DNA of 63,901 nucleotides, filler included. It is 5 parts of 5 records of this genome, joined end to end, with 100 filler letters (N's around TTAATTAATTAA, not from the genome) between each part and the next. Parts side by side here need not be neighbours in the genome. Positions count along the whole stretch, not along the records: positions 10,578 to 27,026 come from SRR22947727_3607; 4 more parts are not named here. One strand, written 5' to 3'. The stretch's first letter is position 1, and the number at the start of each line of letters is the position of its first letter. This document shows positions 10,478 to 21,670 of the stretch, piece after piece. The translations under genes and the position numbers were made by a program. The notes below the pieces were generated by a model. It saw only the letters and a list, made by a program, of their open reading frames with translations. It was not told the origin of the DNA and made no database searches.

Positions 10478-10577
10478 NNNNNNNNNNNNNNNNNNNNNNN
10501 NNNNNNNNNNNNNNNNNNNNNTTAATTAATTAANNNNNNNNNNNNNNNNNNNNNNNNNNNNNNNNNNNNNNNNNNNN
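10478..10577. other. Artificial contig spacer
   Basis: 44 N + TTAATTAATTAA (stops in all frames) + 44 N. Confidence 0.99.
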
Positions 10578-10619
10578 CAGGGTCTGTTCATCGAACGTAC
10601 CCTATTGCATCGAAAATTT

Positions 10620-11498
10620 TTACTTCTTTGGTTTCTTCGGCTTTTTATCGACACGCTCGATCTGCCAGGTCGTGACTTCTTCATCAGCTCCAGGCACAGG
10701 CTTGTCGACTGCCCAGCACGCTGCATTGATCGACATGCGCACAAACGCTTCTTCAGCGAAATCTCCCGGGTGTCCCAACGAAGTGAAAAAGGACTTGCCG
10801 CCCCACTCGTTTTTCCAAGCCCAGGCAACCGGTGCCGTTTCAAATTTCTTCACTTGAATCTCACCAAACGCTTTCTTTAAAAGTCGTTCCCTACCCGTTC
10901 CGCTTCCTGTGATGAGAACTTCGCATCCCAGTTCGAGTTTCGCCAAATAGAGCGTTCCCGGCGAAGTCCATTCGCGTTTGGTCACGTGTGTCATGATCGG
11001 ATGGGTCGCGTTCTTTTCATCGACTTTGATCTCCGTTGCGCTGCTTTGATGCACGATGTAAGGCGTTCCGAGAGCACGACGACCGAAGTCATCATTCCAA
11101 TTGAATCGCGGATGGCCTTTGGGGTATTTGAAAGCGTGATTCGCGGTTCGCATTCCCATGACCGGTTTACCCGATTTCAAATAATCCTCAATCGGCTGCC
11201 ACTCAACATCCGGCAATTTCAGAAACCGCGTGAAGAAGATTACGACGTCGGCATCCCCCAGCACTTCAAGGCCGGGAAGAACGTTTTCTGTTTTCTTTTC
11301 AGGATCTCCTTCGCCCATCACGACGGTCGTGCGAAAGCCGAATCGCTCCAATTCCTCCGCAAATACCGGCATGGTTAGCTCCGGTGAATAATGGAGTGTT
11401 CCCACAACAATGACCGCGTGTGGCTTTTTATTTTCCTGAGCCGTCAGCGAGGCTGCGCAAAAAAGGAATCCAGTTAGAATGGTGAATAATTTCTTCAT
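10620..11498 (-). CDS. Secreted ThuA-like (class I glutamine amidotransferase fold) protein
   Basis: Signal peptide MKKLFTIL; GKPVMGMRTANHAF and FFTSLGHPGDF are typical of PVC-group ThuA domains. Confidence 0.75.
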   Translation of the reverse strand: MKKLFTILTGFLFCAASLTAQENKKPHAVIVVGTLHYSPELTMPVFAEELERFGFRTTVVMGEGDPEKKTENVLPGLEVLGDADVVIFFTRFLKLPDVEWQPIEDYLKSGKPVMGMRTANHAFKYPKGHPRFNWNDDFGRRALGTPYIVHQSSATEIKVDEKNATHPIMTHVTKREWTSPGTLYLAKLELGCEVLITGSGTGRERLLKKAFGEIQVKKFETAPVAWAWKNEWGGKSFFTSLGHPGDFAEEAFVRMSINAACWAVDKPVPGADEEVTTWQIERVDKKPKKPKK

Positions 11499-11548
11499 TT
11501 TTGTGAAATTGTTAGTCTCCCTCAAAATTCTGCAATGCGTTGTCGAGT

Positions 11549-13150
11549 TCATTCCGAAGGTATTTCGATGCAAACGATCTCTTTCATGGTGTGCGCGTAG
11601 AGGCGGCCCTTAGCGTATGTCAGTGATGCAAGCGTCCAGGTTTCTCCACCAAGGCCGAGATCATTCACCGCAACAAGCGACTCAGGCGATAATTGCTCAA
11701 CCTTCGTGTCGATCACATAGACCGTACCCGTAACCACAGGCAGAAAGAGATATCGTCCAACCAAGGTTGGGCTAGCCGCCGAAATATGCCCCCAGCCTGT
11801 TTTATTGTGCCCCTTATTTCCCACGGCAAACCCGCCTGCATTGAGAGGTAAATTCTTTGGATTCCCTTTCTTCCAAAGCCGAAGATCTGCTTCCCGATTT
11901 TCCGTGCTCGCCATCAGCTGCGCAGGTAACTCAAGGTATTCCACTGCTCCCGTTTCGACGTTCACTCGTCCCAAATAATGTACATTGTGAGATAAAAACC
12001 AATGCCAATCACCGGTCGCAAGGTTGGCTTGATTCGTGTTCGGATGGCCCTTTCCTGCTTTGATTGCAACCCCGGTTTGCTTCTCCCAATCTTTTTTTCC
12101 GGGCTCAAACTTCCACAGCGTTGCGCTCTGATAAAGTGGTTGCTCACGCAGTAATTTTCCTGACGCAGCATCAAGCACGAGATGATTTCCCGCTTGAAAA
12201 CCAAAGACATATTTCTCGTTCCAATGACAACTGAATGAGGGGTCGTATCCCTTCAAGTCCTGCTGCCAAAGCGTCTTTCCCTCTTCGCCTGGGGCCAGGC
12301 TCGTGAGGCTCTGACCGTATGGTTTCTCGAGCGCTCCGTGTGGACCACCACGCGCGTGCGAAACGGCCATTTTCCCGGATGCAGTCATTCCAACAACAGG
12401 AGTGTTGTGCACCGAAGTCCCCAACTCCTCACGCCAAAGCACTTCGCCTGTTCGCTTGTCGATCCCATGGATATACGTCCATACTTCCTTCGGGTCGATA
12501 TCCTCCGGCACCTTCGTCCCGTCCTTCGACTTCTTTCCGGGCGAAGCCCACTTTTGGATCTTCGCTCCAAGCTCTTTATTGGCTACTTCGACATAGAGAA
12601 TCGAATCACCGACGAGAAAAGGTTCCGCTTGCCGGTTGTTATGCTTAAATCGCGGCGTCCACTCCCGTATCCAGACTTCGTTGCCGTCATAATCGTAACA
12701 AGCCATCGAACCGCAGCGATTGAAAAACCAAACATGTTCCCCGTCCGTGATCGGTGCAAAAACCGTTCCATCAGTAAACCCACCCGCCAGGGAAATGTAT
12801 AAACTACCCGGCAACGTCACCTGCCAGAGTATATCGCCTGTGTTGGAATCAAGGCAAAACCCAATGATATCCTTCACTGCCTCTTTCTCTTTAAGCGTTT
12901 TGATCGGGACATGAGTTGTCACGAAAACCCGGTCACCCCAAATTGTGACATTGCTCATTCCTGCCTCCGGCATCGGTGTGCGCCAACGGATGTTTTCATC
13001 ACGGGTCACACTCCACTCGATTGGCGGCTTCCCCTCGACCTGCCAATTGCTATTCGGTCCCGCTGCCTGATGCCAGTTATCCTGCGCCCCCACATGGATA
13101 CTATACAGGCAAAGAACAGCGCCTAAAAAAGATTGGAGATAGGAGTTCAC
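11549..13150 (-). CDS. Secreted PQQ-like beta-propeller repeat protein
   Basis: [18 protein letters not shown] and repeated D..TG..LW motifs. Probable GTG start at 13150. Confidence 0.75.
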   Translation of the reverse strand: MNSYLQSFLGAVLCLYSIHVGAQDNWHQAAGPNSNWQVEGKPPIEWSVTRDENIRWRTPMPEAGMSNVTIWGDRVFVTTHVPIKTLKEKEAVKDIIGFCLDSNTGDILWQVTLPGSLYISLAGGFTDGTVFAPITDGEHVWFFNRCGSMACYDYDGNEVWIREWTPRFKHNNRQAEPFLVGDSILYVEVANKELGAKIQKWASPGKKSKDGTKVPEDIDPKEVWTYIHGIDKRTGEVLWREELGTSVHNTPVVGMTASGKMAVSHARGGPHGALEKPYGQSLTSLAPGEEGKTLWQQDLKGYDPSFSCHWNEKYVFGFQAGNHLVLDAASGKLLREQPLYQSATLWKFEPGKKDWEKQTGVAIKAGKGHPNTNQANLATGDWHWFLSHNVHYLGRVNVETGAVEYLELPAQLMASTENREADLRLWKKGNPKNLPLNAGGFAVGNKGHNKTGWGHISAASPTLVGRYLFLPVVTGTVYVIDTKVEQLSPESLVAVNDLGLGGETWTLASLTYAKGRLYAHTMKEIVCIEIPSE

Positions 13151-13276
13151 TGTTTTTTTTGGGGGAAAGGGGTTTGTGAAATCACGCGGTTCATTCTCTG
13201 GGGAACAACGTCGCTGCATGGTTTCCTAAATAGGAGTAATTACCTTCGCTCTCCGGGTTCGTTACAAAAATCTGAA

Positions 13277-14755
13277 TCAGTCGCCCACTTTTGCAGGGGC
13301 CCATTCCGGGATGCCTTTTTCTTTCAACTGCTTCTCATAACGCAACGCCAGTGGCTGTTCCTCAGGTCCAACCCGGGGCAAGCCTTCATTCACCATCAGC
13401 GGAACGGCTGAATCCCACCAGGCGTCATAGGCTTTTCTCAAGCGGGCTACGTCCTTGGGGTTTTCGGCTGCGACATCCGTAATTTCCGAAGGATCTTTCG
13501 GGATGTTATAGAGTTCTTTGTTGTTCACAAATCGCCAATTGGGGGTTCGAACGGCACACTTTTTGAATTTGTGGTCCTCCCATTTCCCTGCATCCCAGCG
13601 ACCGCAATGAACGAAGAGTTCTCGATGATCCCATTCTGCGTCGGGATTTTCCACGAGCGGCAGGAGCGAACGTCCATCGAGTTTCTGCATGTCCTCAGGA
13701 AGCTTGGCGCCAGCCAATTCGGCGAAGGTCGGGAACAGATCGAGGTGCGCCGTCAGCTGATTAATATCCACGCTTTCACCGAGAACACCTTTCCACTGCC
13801 AGAACATCGGGACGTGAGTTCCGCCCTCGAAAGGACTGTTTTTTCCACCTTTGAGATTCGCATTGAAGTGACGGACCTTTTTGCCATTCAACTTTCCACT
13901 AAGATGGGTGGCTCCGTTGTCAGTCATGAAAATGACGAGGGTGTTTTCCAAAGCTTCCCAATCATTGAGCTGACTAAGCAGCTTCCCAAAATTGTCATCA
14001 ATGTTTTCAATCATGCCGTAGCGGCCGGCAGTTCCCTGATCGTATCCCAAGTCGAGAAATCGCTTTTTGTAAGACTCAGCCACAAACATTGGGGCATGAG
14101 GAGCATTCAGCGAGATGTAGGAAAAATAAGGCACCTCAGCTTTCCTCTGTTCCGCGATCCACGCAGTGGCAGACTCGAAGAACAGGTCCGTGCAGTAACC
14201 TTTCGTCTGAACGATCGTGTCGTTGTGCAGCAGCACATTATCAAAATAAGGATTCTCTCCGTTTGGTGGAAAGTCTCCGAGGCTGACCTGTCCAATCCCG
14301 CCCGCGCCATGCATCAGCACTTCATCGAAGCCGCGATTTTGGGGTAGATATTCTTCCTCATCTCCCAGGTGCCATTTACCGAACAATCCGGTTTTGTATC
14401 CGGCGCTTTGCAACGCCTGCGGCAAGGTGAAGACATCGAGCGCCATACGCTCTCGTTGCATGATCGTATGGGTTACCCCGACTTTGAAAGGCGGCCGACC
14501 GCTCATGATGGCAGCACGAGTCGGAGCGCAGGTCGGGCTGACGTGGAAGTCGGTGAAGCGAGTCGATTTCTCGTAGAATGCATCGATATGAGGCGTCTTC
14601 ACGACTTCATTGCCCATGCAGGAGAGATCGCCCATTCCCTGATCGTCGGTCATCACCACAATAATATTGGGACGACTGCCAGCGAGCGGTTTTGCAATTC
14701 CGACGCTCGTTAGGAGGCACGATGCGATCGAAAGAAGAAGGTAATTCAGTTTCAT
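13277..14755 (-). CDS. Formylglycine-dependent arylsulfatase
   Basis: PNIIVVMTDDQG, CAPTR, GKWHLG and TDNG motifs; signal peptide. Confidence 0.93.
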   Translation of the reverse strand: MKLNYLLLSIASCLLTSVGIAKPLAGSRPNIIVVMTDDQGMGDLSCMGNEVVKTPHIDAFYEKSTRFTDFHVSPTCAPTRAAIMSGRPPFKVGVTHTIMQRERMALDVFTLPQALQSAGYKTGLFGKWHLGDEEEYLPQNRGFDEVLMHGAGGIGQVSLGDFPPNGENPYFDNVLLHNDTIVQTKGYCTDLFFESATAWIAEQRKAEVPYFSYISLNAPHAPMFVAESYKKRFLDLGYDQGTAGRYGMIENIDDNFGKLLSQLNDWEALENTLVIFMTDNGATHLSGKLNGKKVRHFNANLKGGKNSPFEGGTHVPMFWQWKGVLGESVDINQLTAHLDLFPTFAELAGAKLPEDMQKLDGRSLLPLVENPDAEWDHRELFVHCGRWDAGKWEDHKFKKCAVRTPNWRFVNNKELYNIPKDPSEITDVAAENPKDVARLRKAYDAWWDSAVPLMVNEGLPRVGPEEQPLALRYEKQLKEKGIPEWAPAKVGD

Positions 14756-14796
14756 TTTGTCGGTAAAATTCTTCGTATGCTCACTTGGGGGTCATC

Positions 14797-17700
14797 TCAC
14801 TCTGCCGCGAGTCCCATTATAGTGCCATCCTTTAGGCTCAAGACGCACATTTCAGAGGCTATGGCGATGCTGTCCCAACCCGGTGCTGCGGGAAGGTTAA
14901 ATTCCTGCAGTCGGTCCCCGGACGCCTTGTCAATCATCCACAGAACGCCGCCTTTTTTCCCCTGGAACGCGTCATTCGTATCCTCCTGAGAAAAGCCCTC
15001 CGTCATAGGAACGCCGGCCACCACGACCGCATTTTCGCAGACCGAAATCGCATGTCCGGCAAAGGGAGTCGAGACCGACCAGTTCTTTTCCCAAGTTCCA
15101 ACCTCGGGAATTGTTTTGCCTTTTCGACTGATCCAGACGTCGCCTTTTTTGGCTGCCGTCAATTTGCCTGCGAAAACGGAATGCGTATTGAAGGGCGTCA
15201 GGTCGGCGCCACGCTTGGGAAGATTTCGACCGGGAGAGTAACCCCGAACTTCAAAAAACTCTCCATCAGCAAAGGCTGTCGTATCGCCCAACGGTCCATA
15301 GCCGGTGATGGCCGTAGGACCTCCATAACACAAGTCTATGTCGACGGTCCAGTAGGTTCGGTGCTGCGGAACCGAGTCCAAAAAGCCATGGGACGGGATC
15401 AAGTGTGGCTCAGTGATTTTGTCCATACTCACCGGTGTGAGATCCGGTTGAAAAGCCTGTTGCCTGAGAAACAGTTTGCCGTCAGATACCGAAAAGATGC
15501 CGGACTTGAATCCACCGAGGCGAAAGGTTCTCTCGCCCCGAGTGGGGAAATTTTCGTTATCCTCCTCGTAAGGCCCTGCCACGACTTTATTGTGAATCAT
15601 TTCACCGGTTTCCGGATTCAATCCGAACACCGAGACGCCACCGTCGAGGTAGCTGCTGCGTCCGGCGGCAAAGTAGGCGATGCCTTGCTCAACCAGCACA
15701 CTGCCGTTCACGGGCCAAGCCGATTCCAATTGTCCGCGGTCGACGATCAAGCTCTGAACCGGGAGGGCATTGAATCGCCAGCGAAGTGATCCGTCGCTTG
15801 CATCAAGGCAGTAAACCCAGCCATCGCGGCAGCCAGTCAGAAGCAGCCCTTTGTAGTAGGTTGGAGGCGAATCAATAGGACCACCGGCGGTGAATTTCCA
15901 CGCGGTTTCCCCCGTCTTTTTTTCGAGGCAATATAACGTGTGCCGATCTCTCGCGGCGACAAAGATGTGTTCACCAACCGCTACCGGCGCAGTTGGATTT
16001 GGCCCGACATTCACCTGCCACTTTGTCGCCAGCTTCGCAGGGAGGCTCGCCTTGCCGATGCCAGATCGTGCACCGGACTGTCGATACGTAGGCCAATCGA
16101 AATCCGCAGCCGCTTCACCAAGCGGACGAGTGAAAGCAGGCCCTTTCACGAGTCTGGGCGTGTGCGATATTTTAAAGCGACCGGACGTTTCGTTATAGAG
16201 TCCGTTGAACCCAGTCAGCATCGATCCGATGGCGCATTGGCAGACAAAGGGACCGTTGTAGATCATCCCGTTGGCGGGCATTGCTGAAAGTCCACAGGTC
16301 GAACGCACCCAGGGGTTCGGATATTCCGAATTTCCATCAAGCCCGACGAAATCAACGCCGCCAGACCCACTGTTGAGGTAATATTGGTAGGTGACCCGAT
16401 TTCGGTAGCAGCGATCGTGCGACATCGGCCCGAGCATTTCCTGATTCAGCCCCTTCACAACTTCCCCGGTTTTGGGATTGATCCCTTTGAGTTGCTTGCT
16501 CCAGAGCAAACCTTGAGCAATGAAAAGCTCAGGACTTTTCATGTAATTTTCTCCGTTCGGACAAGTCCACAGCTTCTCCCCATTCGTGAGCGCATAAGCA
16601 GCAATCTCGTTGCCGTAGGCACAAAAGGCTTTGTTTGGGGCCAGGACCAGAGTTGGGTGAATATTGTAATCTTCGCCCGGCTCACCTTTGGGACTTGGTG
16701 CGGCTTTCGATTTTTTCTCGTTCGTTTTCCCCTTCTTCTTTTTGGCTTTTTTGGGTTCACCTCCGGAAAGTTCAACCGCAGATTCCCACGCAATCGCCCC
16801 CGTCTCCTTATCCAGACAGACCAATTCATTTTTCGCAAGATAGGCAACGACAGCTTTGTTCGCACAAACACTGGCACCGATGTAGCCGCTCTTGAGAGGA
16901 ACGGTCCACTGCATTTTGTTGGCATTCAAATCGTAGGCATACAGCGAGATTTCTTTTTCGACCGCAGGTTCAGTTCCAGTGCGGCGTTTTTCCCGTGCAG
17001 CTTCTTCAGTGACCAGGCCATATCCGGGGCCTTGAATTCCATACAAAATGCCGCCTTCTACTGCGACTTCGCGAGTCGACTCGGTACCCGCCAAAAGTTC
17101 GATCTCCTCTCCGCTTCTGCCATCAAATTTGGAAATCGGTTCATCGAATCCCATGGTGAAATAGACATGATCTTCAATCGCCACGAGGCGGCGTTGCAGT
17201 TGCGATGAGACACTCTTGATACTTGTGGTGCCACTTCCAATTGCCCATTCCTTGACCGGACGTTTCCAAAGTTCGATTCCGTTGAAGGCATCACGCGCGA
17301 CCAGGTGATAATCAAAAGGAGCATGGACATCCTCCGGCGTTGCGCGGTCCTCGACGGTAAAAAGCACTCCGTTGGCGGTAACCATACAAGTGACCGAAGG
17401 CATCAGGGCTTTTGCCCGACCGGTCTCAGGCGTATTGTGCCAGCGCATCCGTTGAGGTGGGCCAACGTCATCGCGAGACACACCGTTGTTGGCCGCATTG
17501 TGGAGATACTGGTTCCACTCATCCATGCCCTTGGGCACAGGTTTCACAATCCGATCATACCCGTCTTTAGTTTTCGCATACAGCACGCCTTGCGGAGCCA
17601 GGACACGCATGATTTCATCTCTGGGAACTTTTGTGCTCTCATTGCAAATCACGAGATTTACCAAATTATCGATGTAAGGCAGATCCGAGCCGTTGTGAAG

Positions 17701-17970
17701 GTTGACTGAGACTTGACCATAATTCCCAGCCTCATGAATCGATTTCCGAATGGGTTCAATTGCTTCTTCCCGCTCCAGCAGCGCCTGAACTTGCAAGGAC
17801 GGCTTCGACGCCAATTTCTTAAGCTGCGCCGCATCATTTAAATCGAGAGTGACAATGATGCCGCCATTCAACAATGCGGCATCTTTTACCGGATTTGATT
17901 CTTCTCCGAAGAGTGCAAAAACAAATGCGAATGCTCCAAGAAATGAGCATGAAAATAATTTTTTTTTCAT
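14797..17970 (-). CDS. Large secreted PQQ-like double beta-propeller protein with N-terminal methyltransferase-like region
   Basis: LPYIDNLVNLVI..EIMRVLAPQG; WNQYLH and WPTYR propeller starts; HDRCYR, RSTCG and CQC; ESAWP. Confidence 0.75.
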   Translation of the reverse strand: MKKKLFSCSFLGAFAFVFALFGEESNPVKDAALLNGGIIVTLDLNDAAQLKKLASKPSLQVQALLEREEAIEPIRKSIHEAGNYGQVSVNLHNGSDLPYIDNLVNLVICNESTKVPRDEIMRVLAPQGVLYAKTKDGYDRIVKPVPKGMDEWNQYLHNAANNGVSRDDVGPPQRMRWHNTPETGRAKALMPSVTCMVTANGVLFTVEDRATPEDVHAPFDYHLVARDAFNGIELWKRPVKEWAIGSGTTSIKSVSSQLQRRLVAIEDHVYFTMGFDEPISKFDGRSGEEIELLAGTESTREVAVEGGILYGIQGPGYGLVTEEAAREKRRTGTEPAVEKEISLYAYDLNANKMQWTVPLKSGYIGASVCANKAVVAYLAKNELVCLDKETGAIAWESAVELSGGEPKKAKKKKGKTNEKKSKAAPSPKGEPGEDYNIHPTLVLAPNKAFCAYGNEIAAYALTNGEKLWTCPNGENYMKSPELFIAQGLLWSKQLKGINPKTGEVVKGLNQEMLGPMSHDRCYRNRVTYQYYLNSGSGGVDFVGLDGNSEYPNPWVRSTCGLSAMPANGMIYNGPFVCQCAIGSMLTGFNGLYNETSGRFKISHTPRLVKGPAFTRPLGEAAADFDWPTYRQSGARSGIGKASLPAKLATKWQVNVGPNPTAPVAVGEHIFVAARDRHTLYCLEKKTGETAWKFTAGGPIDSPPTYYKGLLLTGCRDGWVYCLDASDGSLRWRFNALPVQSLIVDRGQLESAWPVNGSVLVEQGIAYFAAGRSSYLDGGVSVFGLNPETGEMIHNKVVAGPYEEDNENFPTRGERTFRLGGFKSGIFSVSDGKLFLRQQAFQPDLTPVSMDKITEPHLIPSHGFLDSVPQHRTYWTVDIDLCYGGPTAITGYGPLGDTTAFADGEFFEVRGYSPGRNLPKRGADLTPFNTHSVFAGKLTAAKKGDVWISRKGKTIPEVGTWEKNWSVSTPFAGHAISVCENAVVVAGVPMTEGFSQEDTNDAFQGKKGGVLWMIDKASGDRLQEFNLPAAPGWDSIAIASEMCVLSLKDGTIMGLAAE

Positions 17971-17982
17971 GATGTTTTTCTC

Positions 17983-18933
17983 CTACTTCAATTGATCAAC
18001 AAAAAATTTGGCACTCGCCGCTACGATCTCGTCACGTGTGGGACTGATATCGGCACCTACTTTCCGCCAGTTATGACCTGAGTTTTTAACAATCAAAATT
18101 TGCACCGAAGCATCCAACTCCTTCGCTTTTTTCTCCAAGTAGTAGGCGTGTTTCACCGGAATGGTGGTGTCACTGTCGCCTTGAATCATGAACAACGGGG
18201 GACTGTCCTTTTTTAGATAAGTGACCGGACTCATCTCACGATAGAGGCGGAGCTTTTCCTCCGATGAATCGTCCGCGTCCACGATTCGAGAACCAAATCG
18301 ATCACGAAAATCAGGTCTATCATCATGATTAAAAAGGTCCACCTTCTCGAAATCGCACGGCCCATACCAGGAAAGTCCCGCGACGACCTTGTAATCGACA
18401 TCGGCAAGATCCGGATCACCGGGCAGTGACCGGGGCGGAGAAAGGAGAAGCATTTGAGCAATTTGCCCACCCGCAGAATCGCCAAAAACAAAAAGCCTTT
18501 CGGGATCAACCGCCAACTCTGCACTGTTTTTGACCAAATAACGAACCGCGTCTTTGCAGTCGATCACACAGTCACGCATCCGAATGGCTCCATCCTTTTT
18601 ATACAGACGATAGTCCACCGAAACAACGCAGAACCCACGTGCGGTCAGGTCCTTGAAGAGAGGAGCAAAACCACCACTTGAAGCTCCAAACCGGCTCCCT
18701 GCAGCCCATCCGCCGCCGTGCGTATAAACGATCACCGAGCACGGTTTCGCCGTTTCTTCAGCGGGATAATACATATCAAACGGGAGTTCCCTCTTTCCCA
18801 CGGTTTTGTAGACAACTTCCAGTTTCCTCGGGTAGCCGGTTTCGAGCGCCTTCAGAATTCTCTTCGGCCGTTGTGCGACAACTGTAGCAAGCGTACAGAT
18901 CAACGTGAAAATGGTAATGAATAATATTTTCAT
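17983..18933 (-). CDS. Alpha/beta hydrolase (HSL / BD-FAE-like esterase)
   Basis: HGGGW, GDSAGG nucleophile elbow, QGDSD and H. Start at ATG 18933. Confidence 0.9.
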   Translation of the reverse strand: MKILFITIFTLICTLATVVAQRPKRILKALETGYPRKLEVVYKTVGKRELPFDMYYPAEETAKPCSVIVYTHGGGWAAGSRFGASSGGFAPLFKDLTARGFCVVSVDYRLYKKDGAIRMRDCVIDCKDAVRYLVKNSAELAVDPERLFVFGDSAGGQIAQMLLLSPPRSLPGDPDLADVDYKVVAGLSWYGPCDFEKVDLFNHDDRPDFRDRFGSRIVDADDSSEEKLRLYREMSPVTYLKKDSPPLFMIQGDSDTTIPVKHAYYLEKKAKELDASVQILIVKNSGHNWRKVGADISPTRDEIVAASAKFFVDQLK

Positions 18934-18989
18934 TGGCTGAGGGAAGTTGAAAAGTTGGGACGTGGAGTTGAAACGGATTGGATCGAAAA

Positions 18990-20357
18990 TCAGTAGCTCA
19001 ATTTTGCACCTTTCATCGGCTTGTTTCGCTCTTCGAGCCACCATTCTTTGGGACCTTCAGCTACGATCCCTTCCCATACCTTAAACAATTCCTTCTTCAT
19101 TTCTTCAGTCTTTTCAGGCATCGCAGCAGCAAGATCATTTTCCTCTTTCCAGTCTTCCTGAATATTGAAAAGCAGGAATTTGGTCATCTCGTCATTGCTC
19201 ACGATTTTCCAGTCCCCGATGCGAAGAGCGGATCGATCGCCGACAGGAGACACGTGGGTTCGCCAGTAGAGCGGGACGCTTCGGGTAACAGCTTTCCCAT
19301 TGAAAGCCGGCAGCATGCTGGTTCCGTCAATCGTGCGATCACCCGGAAGTGGTATCCCAACGATATCCAGGATTGTGGAAAAGATATCGGAGCCGATCAC
19401 CGGAATATCACTCACGGTTCCGGCCTCGATGTGTCCTGGCCAGCGAGCAACTCCCGGCACTCGAATGCCGCCTTCGTGGCTGCTTCGCTTGACGCCTCGC
19501 AAGCCTCCCGCTGTGCCGCCGTAATTTGGGACTGGACCGTTGTCTGAGGTAAAAAACAAAAGGGTGTCGTCGCTGACGCCAGCTTTATCAAGTGCCTCCA
19601 TCACCTGACCGAGAGCGTGATCCAATTGCGTAATGTTTCCCATATACTTGCTGTTCTCATGGCCACCATAGAGCTCTGAAAATTGACGGTCCGTCGCAAT
19701 CGGCGAGTGCGGTTCGTGAACCCAAACTGACATGGAAAACGGCTTCTCCGTATCACGAACTTCTTCCAGCCAATGAGCGGCTTCGGCAGCAACCAACTGA
19801 GCCGAGTAACCCTCCATTTTTCCAACAGGGACTCCGTTGCGCACGAAATTTTTGGGATTTTTGTGGCTTGGTTCGGCGTTGTTGTGCGAGTACATCCAAT
19901 AGTCGAAACCATGATCTCCAGGCTGTGGAAACTCCGGCGTGTTAAATTGTTGTTTCGAGTTGAGATGCCATTTTCCAACGTGACAATTTTCATAACCAAT
20001 CTCCTTGAGAAGTTCCGGATAGGTTATTTCACTCGCCCGCAAATGAGCTTCGTGATTTCCCGAAAGATGGCGCCAGACTCCATTACGATAAGGGGTGCGT
20101 CCCGTCAAAATCGCCGAGCGTGACGGCGAACACACTCCACAGGCCGAATAACATTGAGTGAATTTTACACCCTGTGAAGCCAGCTTGTCCAGATTGGGCG
20201 TCTTGATAAGCGGATGACCGTAAGTGCCGGAATCTCCCCACCCCATGTCGTCAGCGACGAAAATCACAAAGTTGGGAGTTGCCTTCTCTTCAGCATGAGT
20301 TGGGGCTAATGCCGCTAAAGACAGCAACAGAATGGAAGTAAATGTCGTTTTATTCAT
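18990..20357 (-). CDS. Formylglycine-dependent sulfatase
   Basis: [18 protein letters not shown] and SDNGP motifs. Confidence 0.93.
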   Translation of the reverse strand: MNKTTFTSILLLSLAALAPTHAEEKATPNFVIFVADDMGWGDSGTYGHPLIKTPNLDKLASQGVKFTQCYSACGVCSPSRSAILTGRTPYRNGVWRHLSGNHEAHLRASEITYPELLKEIGYENCHVGKWHLNSKQQFNTPEFPQPGDHGFDYWMYSHNNAEPSHKNPKNFVRNGVPVGKMEGYSAQLVAAEAAHWLEEVRDTEKPFSMSVWVHEPHSPIATDRQFSELYGGHENSKYMGNITQLDHALGQVMEALDKAGVSDDTLLFFTSDNGPVPNYGGTAGGLRGVKRSSHEGGIRVPGVARWPGHIEAGTVSDIPVIGSDIFSTILDIVGIPLPGDRTIDGTSMLPAFNGKAVTRSVPLYWRTHVSPVGDRSALRIGDWKIVSNDEMTKFLLFNIQEDWKEENDLAAAMPEKTEEMKKELFKVWEGIVAEGPKEWWLEERNKPMKGAKLSY

Positions 20358-20604
20358 CGTCAAATTGAGGGGAAGTCTTGCAGTAAATTTTTAATGGTTC
20401 GCCCGCCCGTCGAGAAGCGCCTTTTCCAACTTCAACATGGACCGAAGACAGGAAAACCGAAAAATAGTCGAACCAATCAGTTCAACTTTATAGGAAAGTC
20501 GAAAAGGCAAAAACCTTCATAGCTTTTACCAATTAGAGCGGAAGCGTTACAGCTTTTTCGCTTCGAAAAAAGAGATCCACCGAAGTTTTGCCCGCCTGCA
20601 ACTT

Positions 20605-21576
20605 TTAATCCTGCGAAACACCTCCAATTTCAGAAATCAAAGCGCGCCATGCCTCCTTTTCAAATTTGGGGTGGAACAGCGGCTTTAGGAGTTCGCTCCT
20701 CGTTTTCAATTGTTGATAAAATTCCGGACCGCCCTCCAGCCGGACCATAAGGGAACTCAATTCATGAGATTCTCCCGGCTTGAAAAAAGCAGGATAATCA
20801 GCCCCCAATAGTCCAACCGCAGCATCGATTTCCGTCGAGATGACAATGGACCGATGAACAATCGCTTCACCGATCACCCTCGCTCCCCCCTCCGCAAAAG
20901 AGGACAAAACCATCGCACGTGAGTTCGACAACAGTTCGGCGACCGCCGTTTCGTCGAGTTCTCCAAGCCATTCATACCGTGGGTTTCCGGCCATTTCAGC
21001 TTCGATGAGGCGCTCAAATTTTACGTCGAGAATTCCCCCGGCATGACGAATCCGAATGCGTGACGTTTCAGGCAATAACTGGGAAGCCGCGGCAGCCCGC
21101 AACGGGTCTTTCACATCCCGAAAATGCCCGACCACACAGATGTCAAAAAAATCGGGGTCAAACTTGGAGTTTTCAAACCGGACTGCTGCCGACTGGACAA
21201 TCACCCTGCATTTTTTTTGAAATTCGACGGGAATTTTCTCAAGCGCCTTTACCTGCAGAACCACAATTCGATCGGAAAGCTCCATCGATTTTATGACTTT
21301 TTCAGAGGGTTCCGGGTAAATATCCGTCCCCGTCATCGCCAGGACAATTTTTCCACCCCGTCGCTCGTTCCGAAATCGAACGATTGAATCATGACTTCGC
21401 TCGCCGTGAAGGGCGATCAGGATTTCAGAATCAATGGGTTGGTCCGGTCCACAAATGGAAACCTTGCAGCCAATTTCACCCAGCAAATCAGCCCACTGCT
21501 GCGCGGTGCACCGATTTCCGGTCCGAAGCACGCTGGCATCCGGCGTCACGAGGTGAATTTTAATCTGATCAATCAC
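20605..21576 (-). CDS. senB: Selenosugar synthase SenB (TIGR04348-type GT-B glycosyltransferase)
   Basis: VTP...GNRCTAQQW, IALHG, LAMTGTDIY, VVGHFRDVKDP and SSFAEGGARV match the SenB family pattern; adjacent to selA. Confidence 0.85.
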   Translation of the reverse strand: MIDQIKIHLVTPDASVLRTGNRCTAQQWADLLGEIGCKVSICGPDQPIDSEILIALHGERSHDSIVRFRNERRGGKIVLAMTGTDIYPEPSEKVIKSMELSDRIVVLQVKALEKIPVEFQKKCRVIVQSAAVRFENSKFDPDFFDICVVGHFRDVKDPLRAAAASQLLPETSRIRIRHAGGILDVKFERLIEAEMAGNPRYEWLGELDETAVAELLSNSRAMVLSSFAEGGARVIGEAIVHRSIVISTEIDAAVGLLGADYPAFFKPGESHELSSLMVRLEGGPEFYQQLKTRSELLKPLFHPKFEKEAWRALISEIGGVSQD

Positions 21577-21670
21577 GTGAAAACTTTACCACGATTTTTC
21601 GATCCAACAGTATCTGTTCGATGAACAAACCCTGTTGATTCGTTTTCGCCCTCCGCGTAACTTTTCACTG

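Noticed and set aside
10522-10533. Recurrent TTAATTAATTAA palindrome (also at the other three gaps)
   Set aside because: It is always centred in 44+44 N, so it is a synthetic all-frame stop linker.
20358-20604. tRNA-Sec, SECIS or UGA-recoded selenoprotein near selA
   Set aside because: No cloverleaf is visible in the intergenic regions, all sulfatases have Cys in CxPxR, and TGA codons fall at natural C-termini.
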